From Candidatus Saccharimonadia bacterium (GTDB lineage: Bacteria > Patescibacteriota > Saccharimonadia > UBA4664), in the NCBI GenBank assembly GCA_036488585.1, contig DASXHH010000009.1:64399-128398 (forward strand): a stretch of DNA of 64,000 bases. Reading direction: 5' to 3'. This document shows positions 9,753-18,523 of the stretch, in pieces (positions within the stretch are counted from its first letter, which is position 1; every line of letters begins with the position of its first letter). A model generated the notes under the pieces. It worked only from the letters and a program-made list of their open reading frames with translations. It searched no databases and had not been told where the DNA came from. Position numbers and translations under genes: made by a program.

Positions 9753-10733
9753 ATGAAGGTATTTTGGTATTTAGGACACGAACAATTCCAACCCGAGGTA
9801 ATTGTGGAGCAGGCGCAGGCGGCGGAGCAGGCCGGATTCGACGGCGTGGCCGTGAGCGAGCATTTTCACCCGTGGGTGGACGATGTAGGGGCGGGCGGGT
9901 TTGCCTGGTCGACACTGGCGGCGATAGCGCAGGCCACCGAGCAAATAGAGCTGCTAACGGCGGTGGTGACGCCGCTATGGCACACGCACCCAGCGATGGT
10001 GGCCCAGGCGGCGGCCACGGTGGACCGGCTGAGCGGCGGGCGGTTTGCCCTGGGCGTGGGCACGGGCCGGAGCGAGGGCATGCTCGGCTATCCGTACCCA
10101 AATTACGCCGAGCGGGCCGAGCGCATGGGCGAGGCTTTGGACATTATGCGGCGGCTGCTGGACGGCGCCAAGCTCGATTACGACGGTAAGTATTACCAAA
10201 CTAAGAGCGCGCGATTGTATAGTCCGCCAGTGTCGCGGGTGCCGATTTACATGTCGGCGGCCGGGCCGAAGTCGGCGCGGATGGCGGCAGCCCAGTCCGA
10301 CGGCGTGATTGTGAGCATTAAAGACATTGCCGAGGCGATGGAGAAGGTGGTGGAGCCGGCCCGTGCGGAGAGCGAGCAGGGTACGGCGGTGATCACACTG
10401 CACTGGACTGTGCGCGGCCGCAACGACGACGAGGCCTGGCGAGCGCTGGAGGCCTGGCGAGGCTTACGCGCGCCCAATCGCGACACCGCCACCGATCCGG
10501 CCGAGCTGCGGCGGGCGGCCGACGAATTGCCGCGTGAGCACATCCTAGGCCAGTACCACCGGGTGCAGACGGCCGAGGATTATGTGGAGGCCTACGGCGA
10601 GATCGCGCGCACGGTGCAGCCGGACATTCTGTGCGTGCAGACCACGTCAGTAGACCAGATGGCTACAATCCAGATGGTGGGACGTGAGGTGCTGCCGGAA
10701 CTAAGAAAGTTAGCGAAAGGGGGGAAGAAATGA
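9753..10733 (+). CDS. LLM-class oxidoreductase, F420-dependent G6PDH (Fgd)-related family
   Basis: LGHEQF, AEQAGFD, SEHFHPW, PAMVAQAAAT, LGVGTG and DGKYY-TKSARLY motifs of the Fgd-like clade; ATG at 9753. Confidence 0.8.
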   Translation: MKVFWYLGHEQFQPEVIVEQAQAAEQAGFDGVAVSEHFHPWVDDVGAGGFAWSTLAAIAQATEQIELLTAVVTPLWHTHPAMVAQAAATVDRLSGGRFALGVGTGRSEGMLGYPYPNYAERAERMGEALDIMRRLLDGAKLDYDGKYYQTKSARLYSPPVSRVPIYMSAAGPKSARMAAAQSDGVIVSIKDIAEAMEKVVEPARAESEQGTAVITLHWTVRGRNDDEAWRALEAWRGLRAPNRDTATDPAELRRAADELPREHILGQYHRVQTAEDYVEAYGEIARTVQPDILCVQTTSVDQMATIQMVGREVLPELRKLAKGGKK

Positions 10734-11599
10734 AAGTTGGATTACAGATAAATCGATTTGATTGGGGTGGGGCCGAGAAGATCGGCCCGACACTCCGGGG
10801 CATCGCGGCCAAGGCCGACGAGGTGGGTTTTGATAGCGAATGGGTGATGGACCACTTCTTCCAGATCGAGCACCTTGGGCCGCCCACTGATCCGATGCTC
10901 GAGGCCTACACCGCGCTCGGCCACCTGGCGGCGGTGACGAAGAAAGTGACACTGGGCACGATGGTGACTGGTGTGATCTACCGCGAGCCGGCACTGCTAG
11001 TGAAGGCCGTGACCACGCTGGACGTGCTGAGCGGCGGGCGGGCGGTGCTGGGAATTGGCGCCGGCTGGAACGAAGCCGAAGCGGTGGCTTTGGGCCTGCC
11101 ACGACCGCTTAGTGGCGGGCGGTTTGAGAAGCTCGAAGAGACTCTCGAGATTGCGAAACAAATGTGGGCCGGCGACGAGAAGCCGATTCACGGTAAGCAA
11201 TTTCAGCTCGAACGGCCGATCAATAGCCCGCAGGCCCTCACCAAGCCGCACCCACCGATCCTAATTGGCGGATCGGGTGAGCAAAAGACGCTGCGGTTGG
11301 TGGCTAAGTACGCCGACGCCTGCAACCTGTTTGCCCGCGATGATGTTAAGCACAAGTTAGATGTTTTGCGACAGCACTGCGAAGAAGTCGGCCGCAACTA
11401 CGACGAGATCGAGAAGACGGCCATGCTCGGGGTGGAAATAGTGGCCGCGGCTAAAGAACCGGATGCAATCCGTCGCAAGGCCGAGGAGCTGGCCGGCCTA
11501 GGAATTCAGCACGTAATCTTCGCGAACGGCCCGGACCCCGACCTATCCGCCTATGACAAGCTGGCTAAGGAGCTGTTGCCGGCGCTTCGTAAGCTGTAG
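10730..11599 (+). CDS. LLM-class F420-dependent oxidoreductase (Rv1855c-like)
   Basis: WVMDHFFQI, MLEAYTALG, YREPALLVKAVTTLDVLSGGR, GIGAGWNE and PPILIGGSGEQKTLRLVAKYADACN motifs. Confidence 0.88.
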   Translation: MKVGLQINRFDWGGAEKIGPTLRGIAAKADEVGFDSEWVMDHFFQIEHLGPPTDPMLEAYTALGHLAAVTKKVTLGTMVTGVIYREPALLVKAVTTLDVLSGGRAVLGIGAGWNEAEAVALGLPRPLSGGRFEKLEETLEIAKQMWAGDEKPIHGKQFQLERPINSPQALTKPHPPILIGGSGEQKTLRLVAKYADACNLFARDDVKHKLDVLRQHCEEVGRNYDEIEKTAMLGVEIVAAAKEPDAIRRKAEELAGLGIQHVIFANGPDPDLSAYDKLAKELLPALRKL

Positions 11600-11602
11600 C
11601 TG

Positions 11603-12040
11603 TTAGTCCTTGCCGGCGTCTTTGGCGCCCTCGATGTTGACCATCCAGTGGTTGCCAAATTTATCGTCGACCATGCCAAACAAGTCGCCCCAAAACTGCT
11701 TTTCAAGCGGCATGGTGATTTTGCCGCCGTCAGCGAACTGATCGAAGATCCGTTTAAGCTCAGCCTCATCCCCTGCCTTACCGCTGAGGCTGAGGCTAAT
11801 GCTGTTGTGCTCAGAGGTGCGCTTCATGTCGGGCGGGGTGTCTGAGGCCATAATCTCGACGCGGCCGGCCACAAGGGCCGAGTGAAGCAATTGGTCTTTG
11901 TGGCTGTCCGGCACGGGCATCGGGCTTTCGCCGAAGGTCTGCTTGGTTAGCTCGCCGCCGAAAATTTGGTGGTAATACTCCATCATCTCGCGGGCGTCGC
12001 CATCGCGAGCAATGTAGGGGTTAAGTTTAAGATCACTCAT
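11603..12040 (-). CDS. VOC/glyoxalase family protein (PhnB-like)
   Basis: LNPYI, MASD and MPLEKQFWGDLFGMVDDKFGNHWMVN motifs. Confidence 0.88.
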   Translation of the reverse strand: MSDLKLNPYIARDGDAREMMEYYHQIFGGELTKQTFGESPMPVPDSHKDQLLHSALVAGRVEIMASDTPPDMKRTSEHNSISLSLSGKAGDEAELKRIFDQFADGGKITMPLEKQFWGDLFGMVDDKFGNHWMVNIEGAKDAGKD

Positions 12041-12164
12041 TTTTTGGCTCCTTGTTGCAACTAACGCATGTTGACACAGCGGAGCGGGCGGTTCAAGAGC
12101 GTTTTTGGCAAAAGTGAGCAGCCGCCCGTTGCCTCAAGAATAAGGCGACGGGCGGCTATGGGGA

Positions 12165-12638
12165 TTATGGGGCCAGCGGTCCGCACAGCTCTTCGAGCAG
12201 CTGGCGGTGCCAGACCGGGACGGCAGGGTCGAACGGCGGCATTACCCGCACCCGCAGATCGGGTCGGGGGAACGTATAGCGGATCAGGCCGACGATGCGG
12301 GGGATGACCTCGCGCCAGTCCTCCTCGTGGTGGACATGAACAGCGATGTAGTCCGGTCGAAGGTCGATGCCGCGGTCCACCACTTCCGGCCACGAACGGA
12401 TGGCCCGGATGAGGGCCTGGCCCTCGGGGGTGATACCATCGAGGTCATTGGAGCCCGCATGCACTGCCCGTTCGAGGGGTAGCCATAGGTGGCTACTGTG
12501 TGAGGTGATGGCCTCGGGCAAGTAGAACCACAACGAGCGGTGGCTGAGGGCACATCGCACCGAGATGGCGTTGCGGCCGAGCCACTGCTGCCAGTAGATC
12601 CATAGGTGCCTCCGGGCGAACTTCTGGAGCCTATTCAC
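12165..12638 (-). CDS. Hypothetical protein; C-terminal half weakly Nfu/NifU-N-like
   Basis: GTG 12638 with AAGGGGG SD; upstream TTGTTT-N17-TATAAT; downstream hairpin ~12120-12157. Confidence 0.5.
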   Translation of the reverse strand: MNRLQKFARRHLWIYWQQWLGRNAISVRCALSHRSLWFYLPEAITSHSSHLWLPLERAVHAGSNDLDGITPEGQALIRAIRSWPEVVDRGIDLRPDYIAVHVHHEEDWREVIPRIVGLIRYTFPRPDLRVRVMPPFDPAVPVWHRQLLEELCGPLAP

Positions 12639-12806
12639 CGTTCCCCCTTTCAAGGGATGGTTGGTCAACGGGTAATTCCAGGGGTAATTATAACACTTAT
12701 GGTGCAAATAAACAATTGCTCATGGAAGCCGAATAATTGTTTGTGAGTTTGCCCAATTCAACTCAGGCGATTTGATTGCACAATTGCCACTTTGAGGAGG
12801 AAATCT

Positions 12807-12953
12807 ATGCTTTACACAGTAGTTGCAGTTTTGGTCGTGCTCTGGTTACTAGGTTTAATCGGACACATCGGCGGAGCGCTGATTCACTTGTTGCTAGTAG
12901 CGGCAGTGATAGTGTTCATTTGGCACCTGATCACCGGGCGCCGGGCCGTCTAG
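12807..12953 (+). CDS. lmo0937-family (DUF5670) small membrane protein, 48 aa
   Basis: Not in ORF track: MLYTVVAVLVVLWLLGLIGHIGGALIHLLLVAAVIVFIWHLITGRRAV; GAGGAGG SD; terminator follows. Confidence 0.88.
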   Translation: MLYTVVAVLVVLWLLGLIGHIGGALIHLLLVAAVIVFIWHLITGRRAV

Positions 12954-12969
12954 ACACTGCTCTTTTACC

Positions 12970-12996
12970 AAAAACGCCCCGGTTGGGGCGTTTTTT
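12970..12996 (+). terminator. Intrinsic terminator (possibly bidirectional)
   Basis: AAAAACGCCCC-ggtt-GGGGCGTTTTTT. Confidence 0.8.
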
Positions 12997-13042
12997 AATG
13001 CCCCTCGACGCTAACCTTGGGGGGGCGACCTGAGCCTCGAGG

Positions 13043-13801
13043 CTACTGCTTCTTGTTAAGCGCAGCGCCGCCGTAAGTTTGGTCGAGCGGCCAGACCTCG
13101 ACATTGTCGATGTTGACGTGCGCCGGCTGGTCTATCACCCAGGCGATGGTGCGGGCGATGTCTTCAGCCTCGAGCGGTTGCCAGCCCTGGTAATAATCTT
13201 CAAACTGTTGCCGGTTGCCCTTGAAGCGGACCTCCGAAAACTCGGTTCTGGCCGCGCCGGGCTCAATGTTAGTGACCTTAACCTCGGTGCCGGAGAGGTC
13301 GGCGCGGAGGTTGCGCGAAAATTGACGCACAAAGGCTTTGGTAGCGCCATACACGTTTGAGCCCCGATAGGGCAAAAATGCCGACACCGAGCCGATATTT
13401 ATGATGAGGCCACTCCCCCGCTCGGTCATGCGCGGCAGGGCTTGGCGGGTGACGTACATGAGACCTTTGATATTGGTGTCCACCATGCGGTCCCAATCGT
13501 CGAGGTTGGCGTCCGGCGCTGGTTGGCTGCCTAGTGCCAGGCCGGCATTGTTTACGAGCACATCGATGTCGGCAAACTCCGGCGGCAACTCCCCAAACAG
13601 CCGCTCCACGGCCTTACGGTCCGTGACGTCGCACCCGGCGATGTGAACCTTGGTCTTAAGCTCGCCGGCCAACTTCTCGAGCCGCTCTTTTCTTCGGGCT
13701 ACCAACACCAACTTGTGCCCGGCCTCGGCCAGCACACGGGCCGTGGCCTCGCCAAACCCGGCACTGGCGCCGGTAATTAGGATGGTGAATTGCTTGTTCA
13801 T
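13043..13801 (-). CDS. SDR family NADP-dependent oxidoreductase (YdfG-like)
   Basis: TGASAGFG, NNAGLALG and YGATKAFV motifs. Confidence 0.92.
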   Translation of the reverse strand: MNKQFTILITGASAGFGEATARVLAEAGHKLVLVARRKERLEKLAGELKTKVHIAGCDVTDRKAVERLFGELPPEFADIDVLVNNAGLALGSQPAPDANLDDWDRMVDTNIKGLMYVTRQALPRMTERGSGLIINIGSVSAFLPYRGSNVYGATKAFVRQFSRNLRADLSGTEVKVTNIEPGAARTEFSEVRFKGNRQQFEDYYQGWQPLEAEDIARTIAWVIDQPAHVNIDNVEVWPLDQTYGGAALNKKQ

Positions 13802-13904
13802 GGGGATATGGTATCAGAGACAACGATTATTCATACTTGTAAAACTCCAACTGGTTTTCAAGTGGGGCTAGCGCCAGGTGTACAAATTCTGCCGGTTCGG
13901 CCAG

Positions 13905-14438
13905 TTAGTGGCCGCCTTCGATACGGAAGCCCTGGCGGGTCAGTTCGCGGGCGACTTGGGCTTCGAGGGCTTCGGCCTGCGGTTGGCTACGGAAGCGCGG
14001 GAGATGGGCGTAGAGGTCAGGGCGGAGGGTGCCGCGGGAGCCACGCTTGAACGGCCGGGCAGCATGGAAGGCCGCGAAGCCGGTGTTATGTTGGGCTAGC
14101 CGCTCGTGCGGTTCGTACCAGGTTTGGCCGACATAGAGGTGATTTTTGTTGCCGTCGAGCTCGATGATGTAGACGCCGTAGGTGCGGGGCCCCGTGATGT
14201 GCTCGACGCGAGTGATGAGGTCGAAGCCAAACTCGAAATCGTCGCGGTCGCGAGTGAGATAGTCGTCGAAAATGTGATAGCGATAGAGGCGCTGGGGCAC
14301 GATGTGGCCAGTTTCGGGGTCGAACAGGTAGTCGATGAGGATGGGTCGGGCGGCTTTGTGGGCGGCCCGGACGAAGGTACCTAGAGCGGCTTGCCACTGG
14401 TCGCCTGATTCGGTGGAGCGGGTGATGGAGGCGGGCAT
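13905..14438 (-). CDS. GIY-YIG-like nuclease family protein
   Basis: GVYIIEL...LYVGQT, ERLAQH and AEALE motifs; C-terminal GGH. Confidence 0.65.
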   Translation of the reverse strand: MPASITRSTESGDQWQAALGTFVRAAHKAARPILIDYLFDPETGHIVPQRLYRYHIFDDYLTRDRDDFEFGFDLITRVEHITGPRTYGVYIIELDGNKNHLYVGQTWYEPHERLAQHNTGFAAFHAARPFKRGSRGTLRPDLYAHLPRFRSQPQAEALEAQVARELTRQGFRIEGGH

Positions 14439-14553
14439 ATGAATTAAGTATAAATCTGTTCAGAACGGACACCCTTAAATTGCTTTTTTGTTTCTTTTAT
14501 GCTATAATGTTGAGATCGTGTGCGTATCTTTTCGACTGAAAGGAGGGTACGCC

Positions 14554-15168
14554 ATGAGCAGCAATCTCGTCCTTCGGGGCGTTGTGACACGGGCCGACAA
14601 GTACCACGGGACCGGCAAAGGCTTCGGCTACGCCTTCGTAGGACTAACCGGCAACCCGGAATACGCCCACGTGTTCATCCACGTGAGCAGATGCCGTCGG
14701 GTGACTGGTACCTCCAACGAGCCGGTCTTGACCGACGAAACTGCCACCGCGACTCTGACCGACCAAGGCGACCGCACGCGAATCGTCATGGAAGTACAGA
14801 TGGAGAGCGGACGACCCAAGGCAGTACGATGGGGAGTGATCCCCGATACCGATTACATCGCCGATTTCGTCAAGGCGGGCAAGCTCGCCTCGTACGTTGG
14901 CGGACACATCGGCATGCATTACGCCCACCCCGAGGGCTGGATCAACGGCCTGCTCGAGGATTTCGAGCTCGAGCCCGGGCAGTTGACCTTCCATGTTCGC
15001 CGGACCGACAACCCGAAAAAGGACTACGAGCCGAACGACTACGTCAGTTTCATCGGATGCGTCTACGACAGGCGCTATAGCAGCGCCGCTGGCGAGCCCC
15101 CAAACATGGGGGTCATCGAGCTGACGGCGGGTTTGCCCCGCGTCACGGTGTACCTGCACCCCAAGTGA
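14554..15168 (+). CDS. Hypothetical protein with N-terminal cold-shock/OB-fold-like motifs
   Basis: KGFGYAF (RNP1-like) and VFIHVS (RNP2-like); AAGGAGG SD; upstream TG-extended TATAAT; 12-bp hairpin downstream. Confidence 0.6.
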   Translation: MSSNLVLRGVVTRADKYHGTGKGFGYAFVGLTGNPEYAHVFIHVSRCRRVTGTSNEPVLTDETATATLTDQGDRTRIVMEVQMESGRPKAVRWGVIPDTDYIADFVKAGKLASYVGGHIGMHYAHPEGWINGLLEDFELEPGQLTFHVRRTDNPKKDYEPNDYVSFIGCVYDRRYSSAAGEPPNMGVIELTAGLPRVTVYLHPK

Positions 15169-15176
15169 TGCTGCAT

Positions 15177-15206
15177 CCGGAACCGCCCACCCACGGGCGG
15201 TTCCGG
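15177..15206. terminator. GC-rich hairpin between convergent genes
   Basis: CCGGAACCGCCC-acccac-GGGCGGTTCCGG. Confidence 0.6.
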
Positions 15207-15249
15207 GACATCCCAAGAGCTCAAGCAGAAGTTTGAGACTTTAGGATGA

Positions 15250-15831
15250 CTACGAACCGAGATGAGTCTGGATAAAGGTGTGAATGGCGTGGTAATGGTT
15301 CGAAATTAGCCAGACGTCGAGCAGAATGAGGCCCGGGAAAATAATGAGATTCTCGACGAAGTGGCCGGTGGTGACGCGCAGAGCTTTGACTGGTGGCAGG
15401 CCGAATTTGATAGGAATGGGTAGTAGCCACGGCACGCCCTCTTTGGTAAAGGTGTCCATCACGAGGTGCGAGATGAGGCCAATGAGGAAGGCATACCACA
15501 CGAGAGTGATGTCGATGTGGTGCATGATGGGGCTTAGGAATACAAGCAGCAGGTGGGCCAGCCAGGCGAAGAGCGCCACGCCGAGCAGACTGTGAGTGAG
15601 GAAACGGTGGCCGCCGAGAAGTTTGTCGAAGACTTTGCCGATGACGCCCTGGGCTGGGAGGTTGCGCCAGAAGGGGGCGGTGGGCTGGTCGATGTCGGGG
15701 GTGATACCGCCGATCTGATTGGCTAGTAGCGCCACCAACGCCGTGGCCAGCGAAAGGCTTACGGGCGGATACAAAATAGTGGCCGCGATGAGGGCGGTGA
15801 GAGCGGCGGTGTCGTGGGTGCGTCCAGTCAT
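15250..15831 (-). CDS. YdjM-like membrane metal-dependent hydrolase
   Basis: MTGRTH, PDID, HRFLTHSL and SHLVMDTFTKEGVP motifs. Confidence 0.88.
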   Translation of the reverse strand: MTGRTHDTAALTALIAATILYPPVSLSLATALVALLANQIGGITPDIDQPTAPFWRNLPAQGVIGKVFDKLLGGHRFLTHSLLGVALFAWLAHLLLVFLSPIMHHIDITLVWYAFLIGLISHLVMDTFTKEGVPWLLPIPIKFGLPPVKALRVTTGHFVENLIIFPGLILLDVWLISNHYHAIHTFIQTHLGS

Positions 15832-15915
15832 AGCACTAGTAGTTTACAATAATTGCTTGTTGGCCGCGCGGGGCACCCCAGGCAAATCGCCCAGGACACC
15901 CCGCGGGATTGATGC

Positions 15916-17196
15916 TTACAGTCCGGTTAGCGGAGCGAGCCGGCCAAGGAGCCGCTCGATGAGGCGTGGGTCCACCGGGTGGCCGAGCGGCCAGGTGCCG
16001 GCCTCGGGCTTGCCGAGCGTGAACAGCCACTGTCCGACTTTGAGGCCTTGCTGCCGCATGCCAGGCTGGCCTCCGCGCTGGAAGGCCTGAATGCTACCCT
16101 TGAGCCAGAGCAGACGCTCGAGGTAGAACTGCTCGCCAAGCTCGGTCACGGTCCATTGTCGGTTGGCCACGTGCATTTCGAGCCAGTGCTCAAGCGTTAC
16201 CGCATATTCCTCCCAGAGGAAATCGGTTTGAGCGGTGAATAGGCCGTGCCTGGCGAGTAGCCGTTCGACCCGGTAAGGGGTAGATAGGTGGCCTCGGGGA
16301 AAGATTCGCTTGCGCACCCAGAGGTCGAGCGGGCCAGGTACCTGACGCACGATGCAATGAAGCACGGCTGTGCTGCTGGGCTTCATGATCCCCTGCACCA
16401 CCTGGAAGAACCGGCGCTGACTGCGCCTGTCGACATGCTCGAACATCCCCACCGAAGTGACGTAGTCGGCCTGGAGGTGGGCGTATGGGGAGCGCGACAA
16501 ATCGAGGTAATTCATGACCTCGATGGTCACCAGGTGGCCGACCCCGCAAGCGGTGGCGAGGCTCCGGGCGCGCTCGGCCTGGGCTGGGCTAAGGGTTAGG
16601 CCCAGCACGTTGAGACCGAACAGCTGGGCGGCGAGCACCGCCAGATCGCCCCAGCCGCATCCGATGTCAACCAGCCACCGCCCCTCGAAAGTGGAGCGGC
16701 CCTGGTCGTAGAGGCCTAGCTTCATGAAGATGTCGAGCATCTTGCGGAGTTGAGCCCGCCGAATGGGTTCACTAGGTGTCAGCGGGCGGGCACAGGAGTA
16801 CGACATGTCTCCAGGAACGCCGACGCCATCACCAGGTCCACCGAGCTGGCCACTGAGCAGTTCGATGTAATAGCGGTTGCTCTTGTCGTAATGCGCTTCA
16901 ATGTGGCGCTGGCGAGTGCCACGGCGAAGGGCCGGCAATTGCCTAAACAAGGCCCAGAAACGCAGCCACCAAGTAATGACGGTGCTGGCGTTGCCTTGGC
17001 CGGCCAGGATGGTGTCGAGGTCGTGGTCGCCTACTAGGATGCGGCCCTCAGAGAAGCCGACCCCGAAGACGTACGTCGGCCAGAGCGGCAACGCCAGCAC
17101 ATCGCGCCAACGAGTGAACCGCACCGTTGGGGCATCGGGACCGCCGAAGAACGGCAGCGGGCAGCCATTGGGGAGAACGATGTTCACAGGAGTCAT
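15916..17196 (-). CDS. cfa: Cyclopropane-fatty-acyl-phospholipid synthase-like SAM methyltransferase
   Basis: AHYD-SN, MSYSCA, DIGCGWG, GLTLS-AQ, SVGMFEHV, IFP-G and YAVTLEHW motifs; likely start ATG 17196. Confidence 0.82.
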   Translation of the reverse strand: MTPVNIVLPNGCPLPFFGGPDAPTVRFTRWRDVLALPLWPTYVFGVGFSEGRILVGDHDLDTILAGQGNASTVITWWLRFWALFRQLPALRRGTRQRHIEAHYDKSNRYYIELLSGQLGGPGDGVGVPGDMSYSCARPLTPSEPIRRAQLRKMLDIFMKLGLYDQGRSTFEGRWLVDIGCGWGDLAVLAAQLFGLNVLGLTLSPAQAERARSLATACGVGHLVTIEVMNYLDLSRSPYAHLQADYVTSVGMFEHVDRRSQRRFFQVVQGIMKPSSTAVLHCIVRQVPGPLDLWVRKRIFPRGHLSTPYRVERLLARHGLFTAQTDFLWEEYAVTLEHWLEMHVANRQWTVTELGEQFYLERLLWLKGSIQAFQRGGQPGMRQQGLKVGQWLFTLGKPEAGTWPLGHPVDPRLIERLLGRLAPLTGL

Positions 17197-17311
17197 GGCA
17201 TCCACCCATCTTGTTGTTCCGGTACTGCTAGAGCATGGAACGAATGCTACCACACCTGAGCGTTGCCGCCTCCATCAGATAAGCGTAAGATGTAAGACGA
17301 ATAGGAGAAGA

Positions 17312-18177
17312 ATGACCAAAGCCCCACAGCCCCTTCACATCGCCACCGTTCTTATCCTCGCCGCGCTGGTTTGGTACGCCGCCAGCCGGATTATTGATTT
17401 CGTGGTCCCCCGGATGGCCCGGGGTTTGTCGTGGCTGAACGAGCGATCTACCGCCGACCGTGAGATGACGATGCGACGGGCAGAAACCATGCTCGGTATA
17501 GTGGCAGCCATAACCAGGGTGGCGCTCGGCGGACTGGTGGCGTATTCGGCCTGGCGAGCGCTGATGCCATCCACTGCGGGCGTTGCGCTCATTAGCGCCA
17601 GTGCGTTCCTGGCGATCGTAGCGGGTAGTATGCTGACGCCGATTCTGCGCGACCTGGCGCTCGGTACCATGATGATCGCCGAGAGCACTGGTACAACGTG
17701 GGTGACCACATCGTGGTAGAGCCGTTTATGGGGGTGAGCGGCGTGGTGGAGCAAGTGACGCCGCGGTCCACCAAGTTGCGCAGCCTCACCGGCGAGGCGA
17801 TTTGGCTGCACAACCAGAGCATCGCCGGAGTGCGCGTAACCTCAGGCGGGGTGCGGACGATGGCGCTGGACGTGTTTGTGAACGATCCCGAGGCCGGCAA
17901 GAAGGCTATCGAGAAGGCCATCCGCACGCTACCCACTGGACCGACTATGCTGGCGCGGCAACTCAAGATTAACGATAGCGAGCAGATGGGTGATGAACTG
18001 TGGCGGATAACAGCCACCGGCCAGACCGCGCCCGGCCGCGAGTGGCTGATCGAGGACTTCGCCCTCAAGGCGATCAACAAGTACGGCGGGGCGATCATCG
18101 TGCACGGGCCGATCGCGCGGTACGCCGATGCCACCGCCGAGCGCCGTTTCCGTCGCAGTGTACATGCGCGGGCCTAA
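17312..18177 (+). pseudogene. mscS: MscS small mechanosensitive channel, frameshifted (real lesion or sequence error)
   Basis: ATG 17312 with AGGAG SD; TM part in one frame, and HWYNVGDHI...GVVEQVTPRSTKLRSLTGE in another; junction at GAGAG 17681-17685, where removing 2 nt gives one 287-aa ORF. Confidence 0.8.
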
Positions 18178-18280
18178 TAGGCCCCGGTGCCTCAAACTTT
18201 AAGATTGGCATAAATTCGATGGTGCGTCCACGAGTAGCTCATTGCGAAATGAGGCTAAATCTGATAGGGTGCGGGAGTAA

Positions 18281-18523
18281 ATGAGCAGTACTACCGAACA
18301 CGAAAAAATCCGCTCGAGGGACAGCGAAAATGCCCGACGGCTACTAAACAGCGCCGCCGACACGACTTGGCGGATGTTCGTGCCGGCGTTAATTTTGGTG
18401 CCAGCCGGCATTTTCTGTGACCTGAAGTTCCACACCAAGCCGTGGCTAACCGTCATGGCGGCGGTAGTTGGGCTGGCGATTTCGGTGTGGCTAGTGGCCA
18501 GACAGCTGCGAGGCGACGAATGA
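18281..18523 (+). CDS. AtpZ/AtpI family ATP synthase-associated protein
   Basis: Two TM helices, D-KF-T-PW pattern; first gene of atp operon. Confidence 0.75.
   Translation: MSSTTEHEKIRSRDSENARRLLNSAADTTWRMFVPALILVPAGIFCDLKFHTKPWLTVMAAVVGLAISVWLVARQLRGDE

Noticed and set aside
16901-17311. ORF-track 272-aa ORF starting at 16901
   Set aside because: The 5' part is antisense to cfa; the real start is ATG 17312 (mscS).
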